A DNA stretch of 64,000 nucleotides from an uncultured Polaribacter sp. GTDB taxonomy: Bacteria; Bacteroidota; Bacteroidia; Flavobacteriales; Flavobacteriaceae. The position numbers and the translations under genes were made by a program. Shown here one piece after another: positions 52,592-61,059 of this stretch. A model generated the notes under the pieces. That model had not been told where the DNA came from. It saw nothing but the letters and a program-made list of their open reading frames with translations, and made no database searches. The stretch spans positions 3,529 to 67,528 of the forward strand of contig CALJHU010000029.1 in assembly GCA_937771065.1 (NCBI GenBank), read 5' to 3'. The number at the start of each line of letters is the position of its first letter. The first letter of the stretch is position 1.

Positions 52592-53806
52592 GTGGAAAAA
52601 AATATTTTACATCTCGATTTAGATACTTTCTTCGTCTCTTGTGAACGATTGATTGATAGTAGGTTACAAAAAAAACCTTTATTAGTTGGTGGTACCGGAG
52701 ACCGAGGTGTTGTTGCAGCTTGTAGTTATGAAACAAGACGATTTGGCGTACATTCTGGCATGTCTATGAAAATTGCCAAAAGACTGTGTCCGGAAGCAAT
52801 TTCCATTAGAGGAGATACGGGTACGTATTCTAGATATTCTGATTTAGTCACAGAAATTATCAAAGAGAAAGTGCCTATTTTCGAAAAAGCAAGTATTGAT
52901 GAGTTCTATGCAGATCTTACAGGGATGGATGCTTTTTTTGGAAGCTATAAATATGCTTCTGAATTGCGACAGACCATTATCAAAGAAACAGGATTGCCTA
53001 TTTCCTTCGGAATGTCACAAAATAAAATAGTTTCTAAAGTTGCTACTGGCGAAGCAAAACCGAACAATCAATTATTAATTAATGTAGGTTTTGAGAAAGA
53101 CTTTTTAGCACCTTTATCTATTCGAAAAATACCTTCTGTTGGAAATAAAACCTATCAAACATTAAGAAATCTTGGAGTAGATAAAGTGAAAATAATTCAA
53201 GAAATGCCTTTAGAAATGATGGTAAGTGTTTTAGGGGCTAACGGAAAAACGATTTGGAAACGTGCAAATGGTATCGACAATCCGCCAATTATTGCTTTTC
53301 ATGAACGCAAATCTTTATCTACAGAAAGAACCTACAACAAAGATACTATTGATATGGTAAAACTAAAAGCAACCCTATTTGCAATGGCAGAAAACTTGGC
53401 GTATCAACTAAGAAAAGGCGATAAGTTAACGGGAGTTTTAAGCGTGAAAATTCGGTATTCAGACTTTAACACCTATAGCAAACAGATAAAGATTCCGTAT
53501 ACAAGTGCAGATCATATTATTATTCCTGCAGTACTAGAATTGTTTAAAAAATTATATCAGAGACGTTTACTTATTCGTCTGGTAGGTGTAAAAGTATCTG
53601 ATATTGTGAGTGGTAATTATCAAATAAATCTTTTTGATGATACCGAACAAATGCTAGACTTATACAATGCAATGGATACTGTTCGAAATAAATACGGCGA
53701 ACTAAGTATTATGAGAGCATCTGCAATGGGTGCAAAATCCATCGGTCGATTTAGTAATCCGTTTAACGGCGAACCTCCTTTGGTTTTAGCACATAGAAAA
53801 CAATAG
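52592..53806 (+). CDS. dinB: Y-family DNA polymerase (DinB/Pol IV-like)
   Basis: HLDLDTFFVSCE, CSYETR..GV, SIDE, QINLF clamp motif; GTG start. Confidence 0.92.
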   Translation: MEKNILHLDLDTFFVSCERLIDSRLQKKPLLVGGTGDRGVVAACSYETRRFGVHSGMSMKIAKRLCPEAISIRGDTGTYSRYSDLVTEIIKEKVPIFEKASIDEFYADLTGMDAFFGSYKYASELRQTIIKETGLPISFGMSQNKIVSKVATGEAKPNNQLLINVGFEKDFLAPLSIRKIPSVGNKTYQTLRNLGVDKVKIIQEMPLEMMVSVLGANGKTIWKRANGIDNPPIIAFHERKSLSTERTYNKDTIDMVKLKATLFAMAENLAYQLRKGDKLTGVLSVKIRYSDFNTYSKQIKIPYTSADHIIIPAVLELFKKLYQRRLLIRLVGVKVSDIVSGNYQINLFDDTEQMLDLYNAMDTVRNKYGELSIMRASAMGAKSIGRFSNPFNGEPPLVLAHRKQ

Positions 53807-53809
53807 TAC

Positions 53810-56767
53810 ATGTATCTAAATTGTCATTCTTATTACTCCTTGCGCTACGGAACCTTTTCTGAAGTGGAGCTGCTGGAACTTGCCATAGAGAATAATGTAA
53901 ATTGTATTGCCCTTACAGACATCAACAATACTTCTGCTTGTATGAATTTTGTACAACAGGCTAAAAAACAAAACATAAAACCTATTATTGGAGTCGATTT
54001 TAGAAATGGAAATACCCAGCAATTTATTGCCATTGCAAAGAATAATAAAGGTTTTGAAAATATCAACCGCTATTTATCTTCTTTTTTAGAATCAAAAACT
54101 GCCATTCCAGAGAAACCAAAATCTTTAGAAGAGGTGTTTATTATTTATCCTTTTGAAAAAGCTTTAGAGTTGAATCTTACTTCTTTTGCTGAAAATGAAT
54201 TTATAGGAATTTCTATTACTGAAATAAATAAACTCCGTTTTTCCTATTTAAAAAAGCATGAAGATAAGTTGGTAATACAACAGCAAGTAACCATTAGGAA
54301 TAAAAAAGACTTTAACGCACACCGACTTTTACGCGCCATAGACAACAATACCTTATTAAGTAAATTGCCCACAACAGAAGAGTGCTTAGAAACAGATATA
54401 ATGCGTTCTGCAGATATATTACAGGAGTATTTTAAAGAGTTCCCGTTTGTAATTGCCAATACAAAAAGACTCTTGCAACAATGTACGATCAACTTCGGAT
54501 TTGATACAGCCCGCGAAAATCAGAATTTACAAGTGTACTGCCATAGTTTTGATGAAGATTGTAAAATGTTATTACAACTCTGTAATGATAAACTTCATAA
54601 ACGATACCCAATTCCAACAGAGAAAGTACATGCGCGACTTCAGAAAGAATTAAAAGTAATTATAGAATTGAAGTTTGTTTCGTTCTTTTTAATCAATTAT
54701 GACATTATAAATTACGCGAAGAAAAACAACTTTTTTCATGTAGGTAGAGGAAGTGGCGCCAATAGTATTGTAGCCTATATTCTTGGAATTACAGATGTAG
54801 ATCCTATTGAATTAGATTTGTATTTCGAGCGATTTATCAATCCGTTTAGAGCTTCTCCTCCAGATTTTGATATTGATTTTTCCTGGAAAGATAGAAATAC
54901 GGTAACGCAATATATCTTTGATCGGTTTGACAATGTTGCCTTATTAGCAACTTACAATACCTTTAAATACAGAGCCGTTGTTAGAGAGTTAGGTAAAGTC
55001 TTTGGTTTACCTAAAGAAGAAATTGACAAGTTAAGTAAAAGAGTTGCTGGCCATAAACTAGATGAGATATCTAAACTGGTGTTAAAATATGGCAAACTCA
55101 TAGAGGGCTTTCCTAATTACGTGAGTGTACATTCTGCTGGAGTTTTAATTTTAGACAAACCCATTCATTATTATTCTGCTACAAGTTTACCTCCAAAAGG
55201 ATTTGCGACCGTTCAGTTTGATATGAACATTGCAGATGATGTAGGTGTTTTTAAATTCGATATTTTAGGACAACGCGGTTTGGCAAAAATTAAAGATGCG
55301 TTGGTAATTATTAAAGAAAATCACCCTAATGCTCCGGAAATAGACATTACAGATATTGAGCGTTTTAAGAAAGATAAAAAAATTAATAATTTATTAAAAA
55401 CAGGTGGCGCAATTGGTGCGTATTATGTAGAATCTCCAGCCATGAGAGGCTTAATGCAGAAGTTGAAAACACAAGATTACTTAGGTTTAGTAGCTGCAAG
55501 TTCTATTATTAGACCCGGCGTTTCGGGATCTGGCATGAAAGAAGAGTTTATTAAAAGGCATCGGTTTCCTGAGAAAAGAAAAGAAGCACATCCTATATTA
55601 TTAGAAATTATGCCAGAAACCTATGGTGTTATGGTATACCAAGAAGATGTAATGAAAGTTGCTAATAAGTTTGCAGACTTAACTCTGGGTGAAGCTGATG
55701 TATTGCGAAGAGGTATGAGTGGTAAATACCGTTCCGTGGAAGAGTTTAAAGCTGTTGAAGATAAATTTGTTTCTAATTGCAGAAAAAAAGGGCATAAAGA
55801 TGCTTTGATATTTGAAGTGTGGAATCAGATTAAAAGTTTCGCAGGCTATGCGTTTGCGAAAGGCCATTCGGCTTCCTATGCCGTAGAAAGTTATCAGAGT
55901 CTCTTTTTAAAATGCTACTACCCTATTGAATTTATGACGGCTGTTTTAAATAATGGTGGTGGTTTTTATTCTGCAGAACATTATATACATGAAGCTAAAA
56001 TGTGTGGCGCAATTATAGAACTACCTTGTATTAACCACAGCGATCACGCAAATAAGGTAAAAGGAAAAACGATTTATTTGGGTTTTGGATATCTTAAAAA
56101 TGTAGAACAATTAACGATACAACGTATTTTAACGGAACGCCAATTGTTTGGTGATTTTCTTTCTTTGGATAATTTTATGGATCGCATAGCCATCTCTATA
56201 GAACAAGTAACGGTACTCATTCGAATCAATGCTTTTAGAGATCTGAAAGTACCCAAAACAGCACTCCTTTGGAAAGCGACTTTCAAACTAAATACCACAA
56301 AAACAAAGCAAGTGCAAGAACAAGTAAAATTGTTTCATTCTCAACATCAGAATTTTGAAATTCCGCAACTAAATAACCATTGGTTAGAAAATGTATATGA
56401 TGAAATAGAACTGCTCGGGTTTACAGTTCATGATTATTTTTCATTAGTTACAGACACCTTTTGTCCGCATATAAAAGCGAAAGAAATGCCACAATTTACA
56501 AATCAGAATGTACTTTTATACGGCCAATTAGTTACTACCCGCTTCAATAAAACGGCGCAAGGAAAACTCATGCGCCTAAGTACTTTTATTGATATAGCTG
56601 GCAATTATTTTGATGCAGTACATTTTACGAATGTCGTGAGTCTATATCCTATAAATGGTATGGGAATTTACGCCTGTTATGGTAAAATTACCAATCGTTT
56701 TGATTTTTGCAGTATGAATGTACTCAAGTCTAAAAAAATGAGCATTGCTGGTGATCCTCGGTTTTGA
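53810..56767 (+). CDS. dnaE2: C-family DNA polymerase III alpha, probable error-prone DnaE2-type paralogue
   Basis: HSYYSL PHP start, GRGSGANS, PDFDID, KFDILG, YAFAKGHS; 985 aa with no tau-binding tail; 3 nt downstream of dinB. Confidence 0.85.
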   Translation: MYLNCHSYYSLRYGTFSEVELLELAIENNVNCIALTDINNTSACMNFVQQAKKQNIKPIIGVDFRNGNTQQFIAIAKNNKGFENINRYLSSFLESKTAIPEKPKSLEEVFIIYPFEKALELNLTSFAENEFIGISITEINKLRFSYLKKHEDKLVIQQQVTIRNKKDFNAHRLLRAIDNNTLLSKLPTTEECLETDIMRSADILQEYFKEFPFVIANTKRLLQQCTINFGFDTARENQNLQVYCHSFDEDCKMLLQLCNDKLHKRYPIPTEKVHARLQKELKVIIELKFVSFFLINYDIINYAKKNNFFHVGRGSGANSIVAYILGITDVDPIELDLYFERFINPFRASPPDFDIDFSWKDRNTVTQYIFDRFDNVALLATYNTFKYRAVVRELGKVFGLPKEEIDKLSKRVAGHKLDEISKLVLKYGKLIEGFPNYVSVHSAGVLILDKPIHYYSATSLPPKGFATVQFDMNIADDVGVFKFDILGQRGLAKIKDALVIIKENHPNAPEIDITDIERFKKDKKINNLLKTGGAIGAYYVESPAMRGLMQKLKTQDYLGLVAASSIIRPGVSGSGMKEEFIKRHRFPEKRKEAHPILLEIMPETYGVMVYQEDVMKVANKFADLTLGEADVLRRGMSGKYRSVEEFKAVEDKFVSNCRKKGHKDALIFEVWNQIKSFAGYAFAKGHSASYAVESYQSLFLKCYYPIEFMTAVLNNGGGFYSAEHYIHEAKMCGAIIELPCINHSDHANKVKGKTIYLGFGYLKNVEQLTIQRILTERQLFGDFLSLDNFMDRIAISIEQVTVLIRINAFRDLKVPKTALLWKATFKLNTTKTKQVQEQVKLFHSQHQNFEIPQLNNHWLENVYDEIELLGFTVHDYFSLVTDTFCPHIKAKEMPQFTNQNVLLYGQLVTTRFNKTAQGKLMRLSTFIDIAGNYFDAVHFTNVVSLYPINGMGIYACYGKITNRFDFCSMNVLKSKKMSIAGDPRF

Positions 56768-56972
56768 TTCAAAAAATGTTTTTTACAATTAAGAAGCTTC
56801 TTTAATTAACGAAAAAACCTATTTCATCTTTAATTACTACATTAAAAAGAAAAAAAACATCATTTTTAGAAGCTAACTGTTTCAGTATGAAAGCGATTAA
56901 AAAAATGCTTTTTTTCTAAAAAAAATGCTTGCAGATGTTAAAAAACATTCTATATTTGTAGCTCTTTACCAT

Positions 56973-57045
56973 GCGAAAGTAGCTCAGTTGGTAGAGCGTC
57001 AGCCTTCCAAGCTGAATGTCGCCAGTTCGAACCTGGTCTTTCGCT
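56973..57045 (+). tRNA. tRNA-Gly (TCC); CCA not encoded
   Basis: GCGAAAG...TCAGC-CT-TCC-AA-GCTGA...GTTCGAAC...CTTTCGC-T; TATATTTG at 56951-56958. Confidence 0.95.
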
Positions 57046-57046
57046 C

Positions 57047-57079
57047 AAAAAGCCTTATTAGAAATAATAAGGCTTTTTT
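57047..57079. terminator. Bidirectional terminator between tRNA-Gly and the rhomboid gene
   Basis: aaaaagccttatta-gaaa-taataaggcttttt. Confidence 0.85.
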
Positions 57080-57141
57080 AATACTTCATTTTTAGTGAAT
57101 TAAGAAATCAATTCACGATTCAAAAGAACATGTTTTTTTAG

Positions 57142-57798
57142 TTATAAAGCTTTTAATTTATCTCCGAATAACAGCAACAATATAATAGGAACAGCTAATA
57201 AACCAACCATAAACGTATTTGTAGAAAATAAAGAAGGGTTTAATAGTAATGTAATTGCAAAGCCACCAATTGCGCCACCTAAATGTGCGGAATGGCCAAC
57301 ATTACCTATTTGCTTTTTCATGCCGTAAATAGAGTATAATAAATAGCCTACTCCAAAAATATAACCCGGAATTGGTATCGGAATAAAAAATAAATACAAC
57401 TCCATTTCTGGATATAATAAAATGGATGCGTAAATAATACCAGAAACAGCACCAGAAGCACCAACAGCACTATAAAAAGATTCGTTTTTGTGATATTTAA
57501 GAGTATACAAACTACCTCCTAATAAGCTTAAAAAGTAAATTATTAGAAAATTAGGAATTCCTAATATGCCAGCAACAATACCTCCAAACAGGTATAAAGC
57601 ATACATATTAAATCCTAAATGTGCCCAATCTACATGCAAAAAACCAGAAGTAAGCATTCGTATTTTTTCCCCAGATACAATTTTTCCTATTTGAAATTTA
57701 TATGTATTCAAAAAAGTATAATCACTAAAGCCTTTCATAGAAACCAAAACATTGGCTATTATAATGAATAATACGGCGCTATTTATATTTCCTATCAT
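57142..57798 (-). CDS. Rhomboid intramembrane serine protease
   Basis: H...HLGFNM, GASGA, AHLGGA; ATG 57798 preferred. Confidence 0.92.
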   Translation of the reverse strand: MIGNINSAVLFIIIANVLVSMKGFSDYTFLNTYKFQIGKIVSGEKIRMLTSGFLHVDWAHLGFNMYALYLFGGIVAGILGIPNFLIIYFLSLLGGSLYTLKYHKNESFYSAVGASGAVSGIIYASILLYPEMELYLFFIPIPIPGYIFGVGYLLYSIYGMKKQIGNVGHSAHLGGAIGGFAITLLLNPSLFSTNTFMVGLLAVPIILLLLFGDKLKAL

Positions 57799-57882
57799 AC
57801 CACAAACATAATAAAAAGGGATTACTAAAATCTCTTTTCGTTTTAAATTTATATACGATATTTGCAGAACTAAAATTCTGTT

Positions 57883-58773
57883 ATGCAATTTATTCTTTTT
57901 GCGATTACCTATCCTATTATTTGGATACTCTCTAGACTTCCTATGAGCATATTATATATGAAATCTGATTTCTTTTACTTTTTAATTTATTATGTTTTCA
58001 GATATCGCAAGCAGGTAGTCTTAGATAATTTAAAACTAGCTTTTCCAGAAAAACCTGAAGTAGAACTTTTACGAATAAGAAAAAAATTCTTTAAACATTT
58101 AATGGACCTAATGGTAGAGAGTGTAAAAGCATTTTCTATTTCTGAAAAAGAAATTTTGAAAAGATATACATACAGCAATCCTGAATTGGTAAATAAATAT
58201 GCAGCAGAAGGAAGAAGTATTGCTTTAATGGGTGCACATCAATCAAATTGGGAATGGTCTATTAGCTTACCAAAGGTCTTAGATATTGATATGTATGGTG
58301 CTTATACAAAACTGAATAACACTTATTATGAAAAAGTAGTTAGAGATTCTAGAGAAAAGTTTGGCGTAATTGGTTATAAAACTTCAGAAATGGTAAGAGG
58401 AATGCAAAAGCGTTTTTCAGCCAAACAACAAGGTGCATATATTTTATTAAGTGACCAATCTCCGCAACTGCATAAAACATATTATTGGAGAGCGTTTTTC
58501 GATATTAAAGTACCCATTCATACAGGTGCAGAAATGTTATCTAAAAGATTTGATTTAGTAGTAATTAATTATGTGACTAAAAGAGTAAAAAGAGGATATT
58601 ATACAACCGAATTCCAATTAATTACAGATACGCCAAAAGAGTTTAAAGACTATCAAATTACAGATTTATACACAGAGTTAACAGAAAAAAATATTTTAGA
58701 GCAGCCAGAATATTATCTGTGGTCTCATAAAAGATTTAAGCATAGAGATAAAGTTCCTACTAAGTTTCAATAA
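57883..58773 (+). CDS. Lipid A late acyltransferase (LpxL/HtrB family)
   Basis: NLKLAFPE, AHQSNWE, LSDQ, PEYYLWSHKRFK. Confidence 0.9.
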   Translation: MQFILFAITYPIIWILSRLPMSILYMKSDFFYFLIYYVFRYRKQVVLDNLKLAFPEKPEVELLRIRKKFFKHLMDLMVESVKAFSISEKEILKRYTYSNPELVNKYAAEGRSIALMGAHQSNWEWSISLPKVLDIDMYGAYTKLNNTYYEKVVRDSREKFGVIGYKTSEMVRGMQKRFSAKQQGAYILLSDQSPQLHKTYYWRAFFDIKVPIHTGAEMLSKRFDLVVINYVTKRVKRGYYTTEFQLITDTPKEFKDYQITDLYTELTEKNILEQPEYYLWSHKRFKHRDKVPTKFQ

Positions 58774-58928
58774 CTAAAAGCTAAATCATTCTTTTACTAA
58801 ACCTAACACTAAAGAGTTCATAAGTATATAAAGTAACAAAAGTGGGCGTTTCTACTTATGTATTCGCTACGAAAGGACTAAATTTATGTAGCATTTTAAT
58901 TTTTTCTAGGCTGATACAATCGTCCGGT

Positions 58929-59007
58929 AGAAATCCAATCTAGATATATCAAACATTCTAATCACCTTGTGGTGAATAAGATTTAACATATCTAGATTGG
59001 ATTTTCT
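58929..59007. repeat. Long intergenic hairpin with perfect 17-bp arms
   Basis: aaatccaatctagatat (58931-58947) / atatctagattggattt (58988-59004); inner tcacc-ttgt-ggtga. Confidence 0.75.
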
Positions 59008-59049
59008 CTTAACTGATTAAAATACTGATCTCCGCTCATTATGAGATTC

Positions 59050-59302
59050 TTTAAAACAACCGAAACTTACCACTATTAAGGTATTGTTTTGAAAAAAGTA
59101 AAAACTTTGTGATACAGAATCTACAACACTTAAAGAAGTCTTAATATCTGGCATATTATTATACCCAATCTTATAATCTGCCTGAATATAAAAATGCTTT
59201 AAGAAAGTTATATTTAAACCTGCACCCCCAGAAGATACCCCAACCAGACACATGATAATCGTCATGCCTTTTTTTACCTAATAAAGACATATCTGTTTTC
59301 AA
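59050..59302 (-). pseudogene. Frameshifted C-terminal remnant of an outer-membrane beta-barrel-like gene
   Basis: KTDMSLLGKKRHDDYHVSGWG, then a shift near 59233, then SGGAGLNITFLKHFYIQADYKIGY; alternating beta-strand pattern; no room for an N-terminus because the glmM stop is at 59317. Confidence 0.6.
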
Positions 59303-59316
59303 AATTTACTTAATTT

Positions 59317-60705
59317 TTAAATAATTTCTTTTATTTCATTGATAAAACGTACCGCTAAATCATCTGCTGCTTGCTGAGACTTTGCTTCTGTATAAATTCT
59401 AATAATTGGCTCTGTATTCGACTTTCTCAAATGAATCCATTCATCTTCGAAATCTATTTTCACACCGTCAATTATATTTACATCTTCATGCCTATATGTT
59501 AACGCCATTGTTTCTAAAGTTTTATCAACATCTATCTCTGGCGTTAATTGAATTTTATTTTTACTCATAAAATAACTTGGATACGAATCTTTTAAATCTT
59601 TACAAGACATTTTCTTGTTTGCCAAGTGCGATAAGAATAAGGCAACACCAACCAAAGAATCTCTACCATAATGAGAGGCAGGATAAATGATTCCTCCATT
59701 TCCTTCTCCACCAATGACCGTATTTGTCTCTTTCATTTTAAGTACCACGTTTACTTCACCAACTGCACTTGCAGTATACGTTCCGCCATGTTTTTGCGTA
59801 ACATCTCTTAATGCTCTAGAAGAAGATAAATTAGAAACTGTATTTCCACCACCTAATTTTCCTAAAACATAATCGGCACAAGCAACTAAAGTATACTCTT
59901 CACCAAACATAGAACCATCTTCAGAAACCAACGCCAATCTATCTACATCAGGATCTACAACAATTCCAAAATCTGCATGCTCTTTTACAACGAGATTAGA
60001 GATATCTGTCAAATGTTCTTTTAGAGGTTCTGGATTGTGAGGAAATTCTCCATTCGGAGTACAATATAGTTCTATACATGCTACATTTAATTCTTTCAGT
60101 AAAGCAGGAATAAAGATTCCTCCAGTAGAATTTACACCATCTACTACTACTTTAAAGTTTGCGTTTTTGATAGCCTCTACATCAACTAACTCTAAGTTTA
60201 AAACTGCCTGAATATGTTTTTCTAAATACGAATTATCTTTCGAATAGGTTCCTAAATCGTCTACATCTGCAAATTCAAAAGCTTCGCTTTCTGCTAATGC
60301 TAAAATTTCTTCTCCTTCTGCTCCATTTAAGAACTCCCCTTTTTCGTTTAATAATTTTAAGGCATTCCATTGTTTCGGATTATGAGATGCTGTTAAAATA
60401 ATTCCTCCATCTGCATTTTCTAACGGCACAGCTACTTCTACTGTTGGCGTTGTAGATAGACCTAAGTCAATAACATCGATCCCTAAACCAACTAAAGTAT
60501 TCGCAACCAAACTAGAAATCATTTTTCCAGAAATACGAGCATCCCTTCCTATTACTACTTTTATATTTTTCTTATCAGCGTTTCTTACTTTTATGAATGC
60601 CCCATAAGCAGCCGCAAATTTTACAGCATCTATTGGTGTTAAATTATCGGCAGTTTTACCACCAATAGTTCCTCTAATTCCTGATATTGATTTTATTAAT
60701 GTCAT
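59317..60705 (-). CDS. glmM: Phosphoglucosamine mutase
   Basis: SISGIRG, TASHNP, DPDVDR, GGEGNGG, RKSNTEP. Confidence 0.88.
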   Translation of the reverse strand: MTLIKSISGIRGTIGGKTADNLTPIDAVKFAAAYGAFIKVRNADKKNIKVVIGRDARISGKMISSLVANTLVGLGIDVIDLGLSTTPTVEVAVPLENADGGIILTASHNPKQWNALKLLNEKGEFLNGAEGEEILALAESEAFEFADVDDLGTYSKDNSYLEKHIQAVLNLELVDVEAIKNANFKVVVDGVNSTGGIFIPALLKELNVACIELYCTPNGEFPHNPEPLKEHLTDISNLVVKEHADFGIVVDPDVDRLALVSEDGSMFGEEYTLVACADYVLGKLGGGNTVSNLSSSRALRDVTQKHGGTYTASAVGEVNVVLKMKETNTVIGGEGNGGIIYPASHYGRDSLVGVALFLSHLANKKMSCKDLKDSYPSYFMSKNKIQLTPEIDVDKTLETMALTYRHEDVNIIDGVKIDFEDEWIHLRKSNTEPIIRIYTEAKSQQAADDLAVRFINEIKEII

Positions 60706-60994
60706 TCTTTTTCTTGTAATTTTTAATTAACGACACAAATATAATTCTATTAAGTGGTTATTTAAAATAATTTACATGCAGAAAGTTTTTATACCTTTAT
60801 TGTAATTTTAGGTGGTTACCGCAGTAATTATTGTAATTATTTAAGCTCTGATATTTAGTGTAAACAACAAGAAAGCTCTGAAACCTAAAGCTTTTAGAGA
60901 ACACCAAAAATCAATTTAAATCTCTTTTCCCACAAAACAAGCATAGAGATAAACATCGCTTTATGCTGTTTACATTCGTTAAATTTAAAGCAAG

Positions 60995-61023
60995 AAAAAG
61001 CCGATGCAAATTACATCGGCTTT
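60995..61023 (-). terminator. Terminator after rpsA
   Basis: aaagccgatg / catcggcttt stem with U tract on the minus strand. Confidence 0.8.
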
Positions 61024-61059
61024 CAAATACTATAAATAGTTACTGTTACTTCAAAGAAA

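Noticed and set aside
60790-60920. Stop-riddled hydrophobic frame (VVTAVIIVII*ALIFSVNNKK) between glmM and rpsA
   Set aside because: May be a membrane-gene remnant but cannot be assigned without a search
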